Shown here: positions 36,447 to 50,514 of the stretch, one piece after another
Layout: each line of letters begins with the position of its first letter
How positions within the stretch are numbered: position 1 is the first letter of the stretch
Assembly (NCBI RefSeq): GCF_000150275.1
Contig: NW_002060959.1
Location: 184,371-248,370 of the forward strand
Source of the DNA: Trichoplax adhaerens
Lineage: Eukaryota; Animalia; Placozoa
Reading direction: 5' to 3'
DNA: 64,000 bases
Position numbers and translations under genes: made by a program
The notes under the pieces: generated by a model
What the model was told of the DNA's origin: nothing
The model's database searches: none
Seen by the model: only the letters and a program-made list of their open reading frames with translations

Positions 36447-39400
36447 TTACTAGAAAGAAATTACCATAAAGCATGAATTAATAATATCAAAACTACAGTA
36501 GTAACAAATTTCAAACTGCCCATCTGAGAAAATCATTTAACTCAAGCCTTATTTGCACTATTTATATCGTAATAAGGACATTCCGAAAGATATCTTGTTT
36601 ATAAACTTTAACTGTCGAATAAGCTTTTTTCTGGTAACGTAATAAACATGAAGTAACTAATATTATAAATTATTGTATTAATATTCCTTTCAAGAGTGTT
36701 TTATACTGACGTATAGTAATTGAAATAATCATCTGGTAAAGCTTGTCAACATTTATTAAATCCGAACTTGAAGGCTAATTACGCAAAGAATAGTACATTA
36801 TTTGTGCAATTGATTAATGCAATATGAAATCGACAATACTACGCGTATGTTATGAAAATAAAACCAGAGCAAGTAAATTTACGTTTCTGTTTTCCAATTG
36901 GTTAAAAAGAAAATGCCAGTAAAAACGTAGTTATCAAGTAGAAATAATGAATGGAGCTAGGTTTTTGTCGATAATGCTTCCGTGTGTAGAACGAGCAGGC
37001 AATTTTGCAGCCATTTATAAGAGAACTTATCATACTACAACAAGCTATCGGCTTATAATCTATATTTAATTAATAACTCTTTACGCTATTTTAAAAAGTA
37101 ATATCCAATAAAACCTTACTTATTATTCGTTAAAAGTGTTTCTATTTGAATCACTATATTATATTGGCAGTGGCAAACAGTTACTTTTAAGCACACTTCT
37201 GTAAATGTGTGATTTATAAAGACCAAGGGCAAATGCGAATTGATTTTTTATCACTGATTAATTGCAATTTAAATGCAGTCCTTTGATAATTTCACGTTTC
37301 ATATTTTAAGGTACGGTATCATGAAGGTCAATCACAAGAGTATGTAATTATATATTATATTTTCGGAATTTACAATAGAACTAATAATTTGGCAATCAAT
37401 CCTTTTCTGCTACTAAAATAAGACAATTTTTCAAGTTAAACAATTGCAACTCTGCAAACGTTTTAATGATGTAATAATGGAACAATAATTTTAAAGGAGA
37501 AAACTTCGTAACATTACAGTAAAATAAATCTTCGGATAACCTAAGCTAGAGAATAGGACATCCAAAGCTTAAATTCTATGATAAGATTATGTAATTCACA
37601 CAACTTTTTCAACTATATGCTCTCTTCGTCCTACTACTAATTTATATTGAAATCTAATTGCTCTGATATCAGCTAATAGCTAGTATTTATAGGAAATTTG
37701 AAAACTTGCTATACTCTGATGATAATACAAAAGTTTTAGTGATAGCATCAGTTATGAGGGATATTTGTTAAAAAACAGCAAAATCCAATTTTTCTCTATA
37801 GAATTATAGTAATGTTTAGTTTAACTCACAATGAAAAAAACATTCTCATGACTATGGGATTGACTTAGCAAATACAAACGATATTACTTAAAGAACTCCT
37901 ATCTTGGGTATAACATTAACTTCCAAAAAGGTTGCCCTTTGAATCTGTACGCATTTAAATCCAAATTAGTTTACTTAAGTACAAAAACTAAAAGTTTTTC
38001 TTTATGCTTATTCTTTAATCATAAATTAGATCCTTTGATATGGATGCACGCATTCACTCTTAAGAGAGATTCGTAAAATTTCCTTAGCAATTGTCTCCAA
38101 TTATTAAAAAAAATTTCTATTTATTTTGCTGCACTTATGTACCAGAATAGATAATAACATAAACAATGAAATTTTTACGGTATTAAACTAGCTAAAAAAG
38201 CATTGCAATTCAGATTCAATGCCACAGCTTGCACAGTTACGAAAATGAGTTCTAGGATATGTCATTCAACAGGCTTTTACGCATAAATACTGGTGTAAGA
38301 GCATACATCCGGTTACCATATATATAATCCATCTGAACTTGTGATGCAGTCGTCATTTTACTAGTAATAAATATCTCTGCCTAACGATTATTTAAGATAT
38401 TTAGTTGATGCTATCGGTTGAAATCATTATTTCTTTAATATACAATAGCACAAAAATCACTAGTTCAAATATGAATAAGATCATTATAATTAAGATTGCG
38501 TCACATAACATTAATAAATTTTGCCTTTAGCTATAATTATTATTATTATAAATACTAAAGTTGCAGTTGAATATATGAAATGCGATCTCAATTTACTACT
38601 TATCACAATAGTGAATAAATATTAAAGCAGCATGATACTATATAGATAATAAATGTCTCTACTCACCGCAAATAAGAAAGATTTTACATTCATCTGCCAT
38701 TATACCGTATTAAGCTTGGTAAATAGTTTTTCTCTAGAAAGGAATAATTAAACTTCGATATAAATAATAGTTAAACAATTTCCAGTCCTATTATAAATGT
38801 TTATTATCTTGAATAGGCAAGTATCACAAAACAGCTTTGCAACAAGATAACGCAATATACGATCAATAAGTCAATTCCTTGAACCACGTATCAAGGAACG
38901 ATATCTGCACTATCACAAACACTTTTGCTCTACTAGCAGACTACACAAAGACTTAAACGCCTCGTATTTTACGTTAAACACTAAGTTGGAGAAATTCTTC
39001 TTTATTTCACGATATACTGCATTTATATACTATTCCTCAATAGTTCATGAGTCATAGTTAATACAATTAACATTAGAATCATATACTGAATTAGATATTA
39101 ATTTTAGCTACTGCTCCCTTAATGCAGACAACAGTATTTACGAACATAGACATGTAATGACTAATACAGAATAGTCAGATTAGGATATGTCCTATCACGG
39201 AACATTTCCATGATAATTTACAGTCTACCATAAGTAAATTACAATCACAATGATTCGAACTGTAAGCAGATGATTTGCATTCCCTATTATAACTATTAAT
39301 TTCAGTATATGTATAAGTGTCACTGTCATAAAAAGTCAGTGCTATGTTAAAACACAGTATATCCGAATTAGAAGTTAACTAAATAAGGATAGTCTAACAG

Positions 39401-42400
39401 AATTATCCTAACATAGTTATTTTTACTGTAATATAGTATTTAACACTGTAACAGCAAGCCTAATTCTGTAAATATTCATCTTCAAATGTGATATTAAACT
39501 TATCGTACTGAAATAATGATACATTCTCATTCATTTAATCGCAATCCATCCCAGAAGTTAATATCGAATAAATCGTTAGTAATATAATATCATTTATTTG
39601 CTTAAGAAGATGCTTAAGTCCATTTTACTGTGTACCACTACTGCAGACTTGGAAAACTTCGCATTATAGATAGCAAATAAAACACTCAGTATAAATTTTT
39701 GACGATCACCTGATCTATTTCATTAATCGATTGAAGGCGTAAAAACAGCATATTTACTGTAAATGATTTTTTCAGCTGGTTTACAACAATATATGGGAAT
39801 TAATTGAGTTTAATGATTCAAATTACTTTATCAGATAAAAGTACCTCGATCCCGAACTGATTATGTTCTCTGAGCATAGAAAGACTTATAAAAGCAAAGT
39901 AGAAGTTTTACTCACGATTAATCTACCTATATCATCAATTATATTGATATTATCCTCCAAAAGATTGAATCAAAGTAAATTGAAATCTTCTTTTCAAGCA
40001 ATAATACTAATATCCACAGCTTATCAGGAACACTGTATGTGACTAATTGATTATCATCATACAATTTTACAGCATGCACGCCGTAAAATGTTCTTTGTTA
40101 AATTTTATAGATTACCAAATTGGTTGGTATTCTTATAAGTCTATCCTGGTAATGCTAAAGCAAAAAAAAAATGACCTCTAGAATACTCGAGATTCAGTAA
40201 ATAAAGTATACATTTTAAGTAGAGTCAACTTAGTTCTTTTTCCCCAATAGCTTCTAAATCTAAGATATTACCCTAATGAAATATCTTAAAATTGTTAAAT
40301 AAATAAATGCGATATTAATAGAGAAGTTAATTTTCAATTATTTTTAAACCGATATAGGCTTCTATTTGCCTATCAAACAAGCATTAATTGCCGTTGAATG
40401 CAAAATACATTTCCATTAAAAATTTAGCAAACAAACATAGAAAGAATTTCTAAGCTAACAATAGATGTTATTTGACATCTTTTCGTTGATCTCCGGAAGC
40501 ATTTAAAAGGCAAATGCAAGACTGGTTATCCGTATGTTTAATTAATCGACGGTAATTTTTACGTTCACTATACATGAAGAATTATCACAATGCGTTAAAA
40601 TTTTTTGTTTTGTATCATGAATGTCGATCACCGGAAAGCAATGGCACTTTTTCTCCTCCTTTCTTCTTAAATACTAGATGTATTGAAATTTTCAATCAAA
40701 AATTAAAAGGAAATAGTACTTAAATATGTTGTCACGAATAATATTTCCTTCAAGGATAAAAAAACTCAATATTTTTAAGCAGCTTATTATTATATTATAA
40801 GAATACCTAGCCTGGCATACTTGAAAAAGAAAATAATAAGTCGCTAAAAATCCAATTTTTATAGATAATGCTCAAATACTTAAATTAAGCGCAATATTCT
40901 CTCAATAGTAATCACGCTATGGTTGCATTAAAACCCCATTTGAACGGAAATGCAACTTGCAATCTTAAATCTAGATTTCAAAACTATTTATAAAATTGAA
41001 CCTCTAGAATGAACTAACAAAGAAATTACCCTAATCCTATCATATAATCATATCGATTCGCGAAAGCTATTACTAATTGTCTATTTAATATCTCAAGATT
41101 CACAATTTGATAAAACGTTAATTTATTATTAAATGCGATCAAACCATATAGATTGAAAAAGTTGCAAGGTCTTCCACTAGGTAATCAAGTTCAAGAATAG
41201 CTTTTATCGTTGGCTTTAAACGATAGATTATAGACTAGTTGATATTAAATAAAACTGTTGAATTCATTGTAATAGTGATTATGATCAGTAGAACAATTAT
41301 CAGGGAAAAAGATATAATTTAACTTATATCCGTATTTGAGCGCAGCTATCTAAGTAAGTACCATGCGTTATATAATAAAAAAATAGACATATGCGTAATA
41401 TTAGTAAGTAACTATGAAAATCATTCCCATATTAATTTTTTTGCCAACCATAAATGATGTTTACTGAAATTGCTATTTCATATTTGAAAGGAGAATTCTA
41501 ATTGGTTAGTAATAAATATTTCACGCAATGTCAATATTTTTAAATAATTTCTCAATTGATGAGTAAAATAAATCCAACATTAAAACTTATATTAATATTT
41601 TCAAAACAAAATTGACAATGCTTGCTGAAATAACTTTTGCCAATGATTTTAGGCAGAAATTATTTCAGCAATCATTAATGCTATATACTATACTAGATAG
41701 ACATGTAGCCAAAGCACTACCAATAAAATTTAACAGTTGGAGAAACTGATTCATAGATTTAGATTCATATTGACGGATAACCTTTATTGCTCCTCTATTC
41801 ATCTATTTGATGAATCGAAAGCACGCATCTCCGATAATACAAGTTATCTTCAATTTTACGTTATTTCAAATACATTTTCATTACGTATTTATAATAAATT
41901 GTTCTAATCTTGAATTAAAGATTCTCAAAGTCAGACAGCTTCAATACATGGTTAGATATCATACTTATTTACTGCTTGTATGTATCCTCTAAGATACTAC
42001 TCAAAAATTTATTCGTACATCGCTGACGATATACGTAGACGAGTCCTAATATTGATTTATCACGCCTATACTAAAGCTATCTGTCGTAATAATTCAATTA
42101 CAAACATTTTAACTATACTTTCTCCAGTAGTAGGAACAATAACCATACCTAGACTCTATTTCAAATGCAACTATTAATGATGACAAGTACAGTTCATATC
42201 GAGTTTGTTAGTACGAAGCCGAAGTACTCGCCATAATAGTAAACAAATATAATTATGATCTAATAATGATTATACGAGTATAATTGGCTATATAACAGCA
42301 TTTTTTCCTATACGGGTGTTTGCTGATGGTCAATTAATTGATTGTTATTTCATACTACTTTCCTACCCAATATGAGCCTAAGCTAAAATAAATAATTATA

Positions 42401-42679
42401 GCGGCTTAGCAAAAGATAACTCATACTACGATCATAGGCAAAATTGTGGTATAAATTCAATTGCTATAATTTACGCATTAAATCTGATTTAGATACCAGA
42501 TTACTACAATAATTACGAAAGGTACTTAATGATCATTCTTAAATCCATACAACGTAAGATCGATTTAATCTAAGCTTATCATATCTTTCATGGTTCTGTA
42601 TTTCTGTAACTACAGAAGCAGGCATTAATAATAATCTTACTTCTCGCGTAACTCTCGAATTCGGAACTTAGTGGCTATT

Positions 42680-43320
42680 AATAACTTTAATATCGGAGGA
42701 AATGACAGATAAATTTCATTGATAAAATCTGAATAATTTATAAATTTATACTATAGACTATAGAATATAGTAACAAATTATATATCTCTCAAGATGAAAT
42801 GGATATAATAATTGATGGAACAAATTTAGTATTTAAAAGCTATACAATTCCGAGAATATCGTAGTTATGACACAAAAGAAAGCGGAATATTTACGAATAT
42901 TGATAGGATAAAGTATTGTATGATGGTATGTTAGTAAATAAAGTTAAACCGATTTTAAAATTAAAANNNNNNNNNNNNNNNNNNNNNNNNNNNNNNNNNN
43001 NNNNNNNNNNNNNNNNTCATTTTGAGTAGAGAGTTCGGTATTGAATTGGAAGATACGTATATTAAATTAAAGATATTTAATACGCGGAACGACAAACAAA
43101 CATTTATTTATGCAAGTTGATTCCTTAAAATTACTAAATTAATACAATTTTATCGAGTTATGTTCGATGATGCTATAATTTTAATTAATGGAAACTGCGT
43201 ACAATAATTTTTAGTTACAAATAATGTAGGACAGGATGAGAATATGGAAAGTGCAATCTTACTGCCTATAGCTTTACGTATATTTCGTTCCTTTCTAATT
43301 GATAATGTAGGAGCGTAGCA
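42680..43320 (+). mobile_element. Degenerate non-LTR (LINE, RTE-like) reverse transcriptase fragment spanning the scaffold gap
   Basis: After the gap one frame reads LSREFGIELEDTYIKLKIFNTRNDKQTFIYAS*FLKITKLIQFYRVMFDDAIILINGNCVQ*FLVTNNVGQDENMESAILLPIAL. This is collinear with the LINE RT consensus (KxREFxxxLxxxFIDxxKAFD...GIPxKLI...INGxxxxxFxVxxGVRQG..LSPxLFxIxL). Before the gap, GGNDR*ISLIK and MLVNKVKPIL fit the upstream RT blocks. Confidence 0.5.
42967..43016. other. Assembly gap (50 N)
   Basis: Run of n characters; the true length is unknown. Confidence 0.99.
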
Positions 43321-44988
43321 TCACGTATTAGATAATTAAACTAATATCCTACTATAATATTAATAAGTTGATATTGATACTATACTTAAAATAAGAGTAA
43401 CACTTTTAATCTAAAATGTATAGCCGCAGTAATTAAATCTCGAAGTATTATCTCCAAGTGCTTATAATAAGATCACGTTCAATATCACAATAGAAGAATG
43501 ATGTAGATTTTATACTGGAAATGAAAATGGAGTAAAGCTGTATTCTCATTGAACCATATTAAAGAAATTTAACAACCTAAGGGATACAATTAAAGTTCCA
43601 TCTTAATATTATTCTATATTAAGGTTAATATAGTTCTGTTTTTTAATGTATTGTACTATTTGCTACTATTAATAGCATTATTTATATATATATAACATTT
43701 TATAATTGTTATCAAACTATTAAATGCATTAATTTTATAACTTCCAGGGAAAAAAGTGTCAAGGATGCGTTACCCTAGTAGTTTGCATAATAATATAACA
43801 ATTGTTAATTTCCTATTTATTAACCTAAACGACCTTAATCGTTTTATTCTTATAGGGTATAAAGGTAATAAGATCTTTTCAATCGGTTAGTGGATCAATT
43901 TTTGCGGAAATTATTAATTAATAATCAATAACGGATAAATTTATTTAATTATAGCGATTAAAGTATTTAGTCAATATACAAGACCGGAAAAGTAATAAAA
44001 TATTGATGTGATTAGTGTAATAAAATCTTTTGTTCATGCCAACTTTTGTATTTTTCTACCTTACTGTCGTTTAGTTGATTAATTTTCAATCTCCAGCTTA
44101 TTGGCAAGTATATTTCTATAGTAAAGATAAACTTTATTCAGCTATTATTTCTCTACAGGTCTGTGTTATAATAATCAGTCAATATACGGCTAATACTTCA
44201 ATGGCCAATTTAATCGGACTCAAAATTATTAATTAACTGCAAAGATTGAGTAAAATCCAATTCTAGGAATGCCGTGTTTCAAACCAGATCCAATGCACTA
44301 AAAAATAAAGTGAAGTACTGTAAACCTATATAAGGAAAATGAAACGAACCCAATATATTTAATCGACCAATCCTATACGTACTTATCAGCTTTCTACCTT
44401 CGTAAACATGCTTACAAACTTTTCCCTTTAGCTTCCTTACTTTAATTTCAATTGGCAGCTGTATCAATAAAGAAATAAAAATATAGAAATCATAAATATT
44501 AACATGTTTATCCGCTTGCTTAAATTTACTCAGTAAAGTGGAGTACTTGTATGTCTACGCGTTTATTTGATTGCTAGTGCTCCATTACTAAAATGCTTAA
44601 CTGACCAGACCTTTAAAATATATGTCGTGGCTTACTGTAATAGCAGCAGTCTGAGCTTAGCAAGGCCTCGATATAGCATAAAACATTGTTAAATTTTTTG
44701 TTTCGTTGCTTCCTTAACTTTATTAGCCTCCGTTTAGAACTTATTTAATCTCCGCCTGTAAAAATCAGCACAAGTATTCCAAGCACTACAAATCTGAAAT
44801 ATCTGGTGAATTTTGCCAATTATTTTAATCCCTTATTTTGTTATATTCTATGGCATGGTAACAGCTTTAGAACATTTTTACTAAGTAGGACACAATTCTG
44901 ACTTTCAGTTATCATCGTTCAATCCAAGAATAGAACTGCACTTATTTCAATTTAAATTTTTTGGCCGATTACAAAGATAGACAGCAAG

Positions 44989-46572
44989 ATGACACTAGCA
45001 CAAGTAATTGATACTTTAGTGCCAACTTTTATTCTTGAAAAAGGCTTTAAAGCGCCATCACTGCCTTTAGTCCTCGTAACGATGGTTATTAGTTCTGTTT
45101 TTTCCGTTATCATTAAAAGAAGGAAATATATTTCTCAGTATTTTCGCATTCGTAAAGCATTGCAACACTTTCCTGGCCCAAAACCTCACTGGCTCTTTGG
45201 AAACATTTTTCAACTGGGAAAGCCTAATGAAAATCGTATCAAGCTAATCCATAATCATGTTAAAAAATATGATAAATGTTATACGTACTGGTTTGGAATA
45301 TTTCCAGTTTTGATATGTAGCCATCGCGGTGCCGCAAAATCAATCATAAAAGCTTCGGTACCGAAAGAAAGCTGGATCGGCAATTGGATGAGACCTTGGT
45401 TAGGTCATGGATTAATTCTTGCCAGTGGTAAACGTTGGGCAAGAAACCGAAAATTATTGACATCAGTATTCCACTTTCATAACTTAAAATCATATCTGAA
45501 AGTCTACAATGAATGCGCTAATGTTTTAGTTAACAAATGGCGGCAATATGCTGATATGCCGCATAGTTTTGATGAACATCCTGATATCAAAATGCTATCT
45601 TTCGATATCATATTACAATGCGTATTTTCTGTCAAGACAGATTGTCAAATAAATAAGACTCATCATCCATATCTTACAGCTGTCCAACAATTAACGCGTC
45701 TTGTGATCGATAGAGTATTAACATTGCATCATTACATTGACTGGATTTATCTCATATCGACAAAAGGGAAGCGTTATTATGATCTATGTGATGCTGTTCA
45801 TTCATTTGCCGATCAAATAATTCAAAAACGAGTTGAGAATTTAAGATCTCATAAAGACAACAAAATGACTGATCAACAAAAACATAAGAGGATCGATTTT
45901 ATTGACATCTTATTAACTGCTCGCGATGAAACCGGTCAAGGTCTTAAGCTACGCGAAATTCGTGATGAAGCCCACACATTTATGTTTGCGGGATATGATA
46001 CTACAGCAAGTGCATTAGGTTGGACTTTATACTGCTTGGCTAAATATGGTGAGCATCAAACTAAAGTGAGAGAAGAAATCGATGTCATCTTTAAGGATAA
46101 AGATGACGTTGAATGGGACGATTTGTCGTCCTTAACATACACTACCATGTGCATTAAGGAAGCAATGAGATTATACACAACAGTACCTAGTGTAGAAAGA
46201 AAATTAAATCGCGACATGACAATTGATAACAAGTTCGTTCCAGCTGGAACAACGGTCCGTATTTATCTTCACGCTTTATGTAATCGTGAAGATACATGGG
46301 AAAATCCTACAGAATTTGTACCTCAACGCTTCAATACTGAAAATTCGAAACTTCGAGATCCGTATGATTATATGCCATTTTCTGCAGGTCATCGTAACTG
46401 TATCGGTAAACATTTTGCCTTGAATGAAATGAAAGTAGCAGTGTCAAAAATTTTGCATCATTATGAGTTAGAAATTGACCATCAACGATTAGCAAAGCGA
46501 TATCACGCCATCGTAAGTCAACCGGAGAATGGGTTATGGATTAAAATTAAAAATCGTCAAAGGATACATTAA
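44989..46572 (+). CDS. Cytochrome P450, CYP4 clan (copy 1), single coding exon
   Basis: N-terminal anchor followed by PGPKPHWLFG, WARNRKLLT, I-helix EAHTFMFAGYDTT, KEAMR, PQRF and heme motif PFSAGHRNCIG. Confidence 0.95.
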   Translation: MTLAQVIDTLVPTFILEKGFKAPSLPLVLVTMVISSVFSVIIKRRKYISQYFRIRKALQHFPGPKPHWLFGNIFQLGKPNENRIKLIHNHVKKYDKCYTYWFGIFPVLICSHRGAAKSIIKASVPKESWIGNWMRPWLGHGLILASGKRWARNRKLLTSVFHFHNLKSYLKVYNECANVLVNKWRQYADMPHSFDEHPDIKMLSFDIILQCVFSVKTDCQINKTHHPYLTAVQQLTRLVIDRVLTLHHYIDWIYLISTKGKRYYDLCDAVHSFADQIIQKRVENLRSHKDNKMTDQQKHKRIDFIDILLTARDETGQGLKLREIRDEAHTFMFAGYDTTASALGWTLYCLAKYGEHQTKVREEIDVIFKDKDDVEWDDLSSLTYTTMCIKEAMRLYTTVPSVERKLNRDMTIDNKFVPAGTTVRIYLHALCNREDTWENPTEFVPQRFNTENSKLRDPYDYMPFSAGHRNCIGKHFALNEMKVAVSKILHHYELEIDHQRLAKRYHAIVSQPENGLWIKIKNRQRIH

Positions 46573-49500
46573 TTTTAGCCATTACAATTAAATAACACTA
46601 TTGATTCACATAATTATTATGCGGCAATAAAAAGAATTTATAACTGATTATTTTTGAAAAAAGTAGCAATTATAGCTACATTCAATAAAAAGAATGAAAT
46701 TAAAAATTTCAAGTTTTAATAAAAAATATTACGTGTTTCATACGGGTTGTTTTCATCCTAAATGTTTATCATTTTATTTAAGTGATTTATTAAAAAGTTC
46801 ATTGTAATATACCGTGATTACGGTATGGCAGCTCAGCCTTTACTAAGGTAATATGTCAATTTAGTTTGTATCCCGCTTTGAGAATTTAATTATAAATGTG
46901 TATGATATAAAATTAAGTTATTCTGATCCAAATCTAATTATAGTACTAGCTATGATTAGCTGATAGCCATATATATTCACTGAATGAAAAAATGTCCAGC
47001 ATTTCAATTTAATTCAAATTAGAAATAAAAAATTTTGATTTAAGAGGTATGACAATCAAAAGAAATTAATTTTATTGCATTGGCCCAATATGACATTTAG
47101 TCGAATGGTAGTAAGGTAATAAGGTTCATGAATATCGTTTTCGTACAATTTTTTAATTTATTAGCATAGATAGAGAAAGTCGTTAATGTTTCATAGTTAA
47201 TAAGCACTGCGAATTATATTTCATGGTAGTCTAATTATGCATCTTCATAAATAGTGTCATTGCTAGCTAGCACTATATTTTAAATGAGTAGCATATGAAT
47301 TTGAAAAGTGCGATGTATGAATAGCCCTTATGCCCTAGCTACTTTAAAATGATGCTTGAAAAAATAAGCTGAGTTAAGGTTTACGGTATAGTACATCAAA
47401 CCCTTGAGGCAGGTAATGCTTTGCCAAGTTTTAAATAAAATATTTTATCAAAATATTTATGATTACTCTAAGATATATAGCACTTGCGTTTATTACACAC
47501 GTTTTTGCTCCATTTACAGCTAAATACTCATGTTCTTAAGCTCTATTAAAGTCGATATGAATGATAAAAGTGATAGCATATTGCCAAACTTATACTTTGG
47601 CGTGATTGTAATCGAGAATTATTAAATAAAACAGACATTTAATTGCTACTCAATTGCAGTGCAGTCTCAAATTGGCTTAAGACAAAAAATGATAAGATCA
47701 TGTAAAAATTATTACCGTTGAACATTTAATTGCTAGATTGTACTAGTATCTACTCTCAGATGATATTTATGGTGCATATTGTGGCCTTTTACGACCATTA
47801 ATATATTAGAATTTTAAAAAATTATAAGATTGCGTTAAGTTAAGATTATGAAGAATATATTAAGAAACTTTAAATAGAAGGGATGTCTAATAGTAATGCA
47901 TAATCGTATCGTATATTTTAGGAAAATTTTTAGCTTGATCATGCACATTAACCGGCAAGATATGATTGAATTTATAAAAATAATCTTATAATTAATTATA
48001 TCTAAATAGCGGATTTTGTTGTAGACCGAAAATAGGTAGCCCTTCGTATTATTAGACGAAATAAGTTTCTTATTATACAATAAAATAAGGTTTCACTTAA
48101 AAACTACTTATTGTTTTAATGTTCTTAAGATGCTATATGGTATTGCGATAAAGTATCTCCTAAAGAATAAAAAAAGAACTACAGTTTCTTTTAAACTTCA
48201 ATTTATGACATTCATTCAGTTCGTGTTACAACTACTAAGGACTGTATAGCTTTTACAATTCTAATCTTAGACATATTTGGGACTGTACTACATAAATTTA
48301 CCCAATCAATTAAATTTTTATCACCGGTCAATCGTGTGCAACCTCAACACTTTTAGACCTAATTGTATTAGGTTGCTAATTTCTTAGATTATCATTGAAT
48401 TATCACGATTGCTAAAAATGTGACTACTCAAAAAATAAGATTCACCGAGGAATTTTTTTTGAAATCATTACAATATTTATTAAGCAATAGTTACGCCCCA
48501 TTGCTTGATTACACATTATCTATGTACGAGATTATACGTTGCCAACATCGTATAGGATAAGGATAATAGTGGAGATAGAATTGCAAGATAGGAATTGGCT
48601 TATAACGATATAAGGCGATACCATATTGTTACAGAAAAGTAAATATAACGACAAATCATTCATTAAATATTGTTTCCGCACAATTTAGCTTACCTTGAGC
48701 ATGTCTGTGCAATGTTATGCTCTCTTTACAAAATTTGGAAATACTATCTATAGAGTAAAGCGTAGTACTGTAAATTTCGAATATCATCGACTGATATTGT
48801 TGCTCCAATTATGATGTCTATAATAACCCAAAGACTATGAATTAGGGTTCTATGTACTACCAGTGCATTACTCCTAATGTGGATAAAAATATTCCTTAAA
48901 GTTTTCAACTCCAAAGCAATCTTGTAATTGCGAATTGGCAAACAATATGAATAAGGTTAAGTAGTAGTTGCACTTAGGTTCTATCGAATTTTGTTAAATT
49001 AAAGTTGAACTTGTAGATTTTGCGAATTGAATCAATGGAACGATTTATTAGTATGAAAAATTGAATGTTGAGGACGAGTGTGGAAACACAAAACTAATCC
49101 TAAACTGATGTTTTAACAACGTGCAACAAGGTCAAAACTAATTTCAAATTTTAAATCACATGTTAACTCTTATTGTAGCCTAGCATAGCACATGCCTATA
49201 CTGTCTACAGTATTATATTAACTATAGCAGATGAGTACAATAATTAATTTTAGTACATTATGTTTAGATTCTAAATTTTATTTAAAACTTTATTGCAATT
49301 CTTATTAACAATTGTTAATACTAACAGAAGTCATTAAATCAGCAATACTACCATTATTGCTACGTTCAAACGTTTATTATAACCCTTACACGCTCTCTAT
49401 ACAGTCTATTTTATGAAAGATACTTTATTGCAATTAACCAGTTTAAGAAAATTACCTGTAACAAGTCGTATCCAATTCTGGATTATTAATGCTGTTAGAA

Positions 49501-49774
49501 GTTATTTGTATCAGTTATAAATACTAATTATTCAAACAATTATCGTAGTTTAGGCATTCCTTAGATGGTGCTTGTTATTTAAAGTAATGCACAATTGCAA
49601 ATAACCATTTTTAACCATATTATACGGTATACATTAGAAATCTCATCTAAATCTTGATTTATTGGCGGTAACTGAAGTCATTGTATCAGCAATAAATACT
49701 TGCATAACAGATTCGATCAAGAATTAAATGCTAAATAGGCCAATCTCGAATTGAATCGAATGTTGGACACTTAG

Positions 49775-49960
49775 GCAGTATATCGCTATAGAGACTTAAA
49801 AGTTGATACTGCATATATACGTAAAATCTCGATATAAATTATTTAATACCATACGCAAGTGCAGTACTAATTAATTGACCACTGGCATAAACATTTTTAT
49901 GTCCGTCAGTATATTAACTCTTGTCTGTCTGTGCATTGGACGGAGTCATAACTATATACC
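49775..49960 (+). pseudogene. Relic of a class A (rhodopsin-like) GPCR, ICL1 to TM3
   Basis: Three blocks in the correct order across frameshifts: AVYRYRDLKVDTAYI (ICL1-like), PY....IN*PLA*TFLC (ECL1 WPxG..xC, with TGG>TGA) and SVSILTLVCLCIGRSH (TM3, DRY position). Confidence 0.4.
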
Positions 49961-50514
49961 AATAATAGATATCTGGTCTTAATAATCGGATACCAACAAC
50001 GAAAGCAAGTTCTGCATTTGTGAGAAATAGTCTGCTGGAGGTTTTACTTCAGTCACGGTGTGGTAATCTCTTTACTAACTGCATTTTGTTTGCTAGATTG
50101 TTTAGTATTGTGAGCTAGCTATTTAGACCAGAACAACAAAGTACTTACGAACAGATTGAAATTAAATGTAAGTCTACATAATATTCACACGAAGTAATAT
50201 TCTTCATGGTTATCACATATTGAGAAGTAGTGAATTGCGTCTATTTTGCAAGCATTAAAAACTAACATTATCGTCATTGGTCTATCCAAGGTAAGCCATT
50301 TTAAAATTATACAGCCCTTAATCAGCAAGGCTTAGAACAGATTCAACCTTAAAGATTGATCAGTATCATGTTTCAGACCGTTCTTAGGAAGTGATGCATA
50401 ATTATAATGATTAGTATGACTTTATGCATTAAATTCTACATTTATAAAAGAAAAGGATAGCTTGTTTTAGGGTGTAGCAGACGCTATTCGAAAGAAATTT
50501 ACTTGCAGCTACAA

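Noticed and set aside
37311-37950. Plus-strand exon-like pieces (VRYHEGQSQE / KFENLLYSDDNTKVLVIASVMRDIC*)
   Set aside because: Joinable but short, with no start exon or recognisable family.
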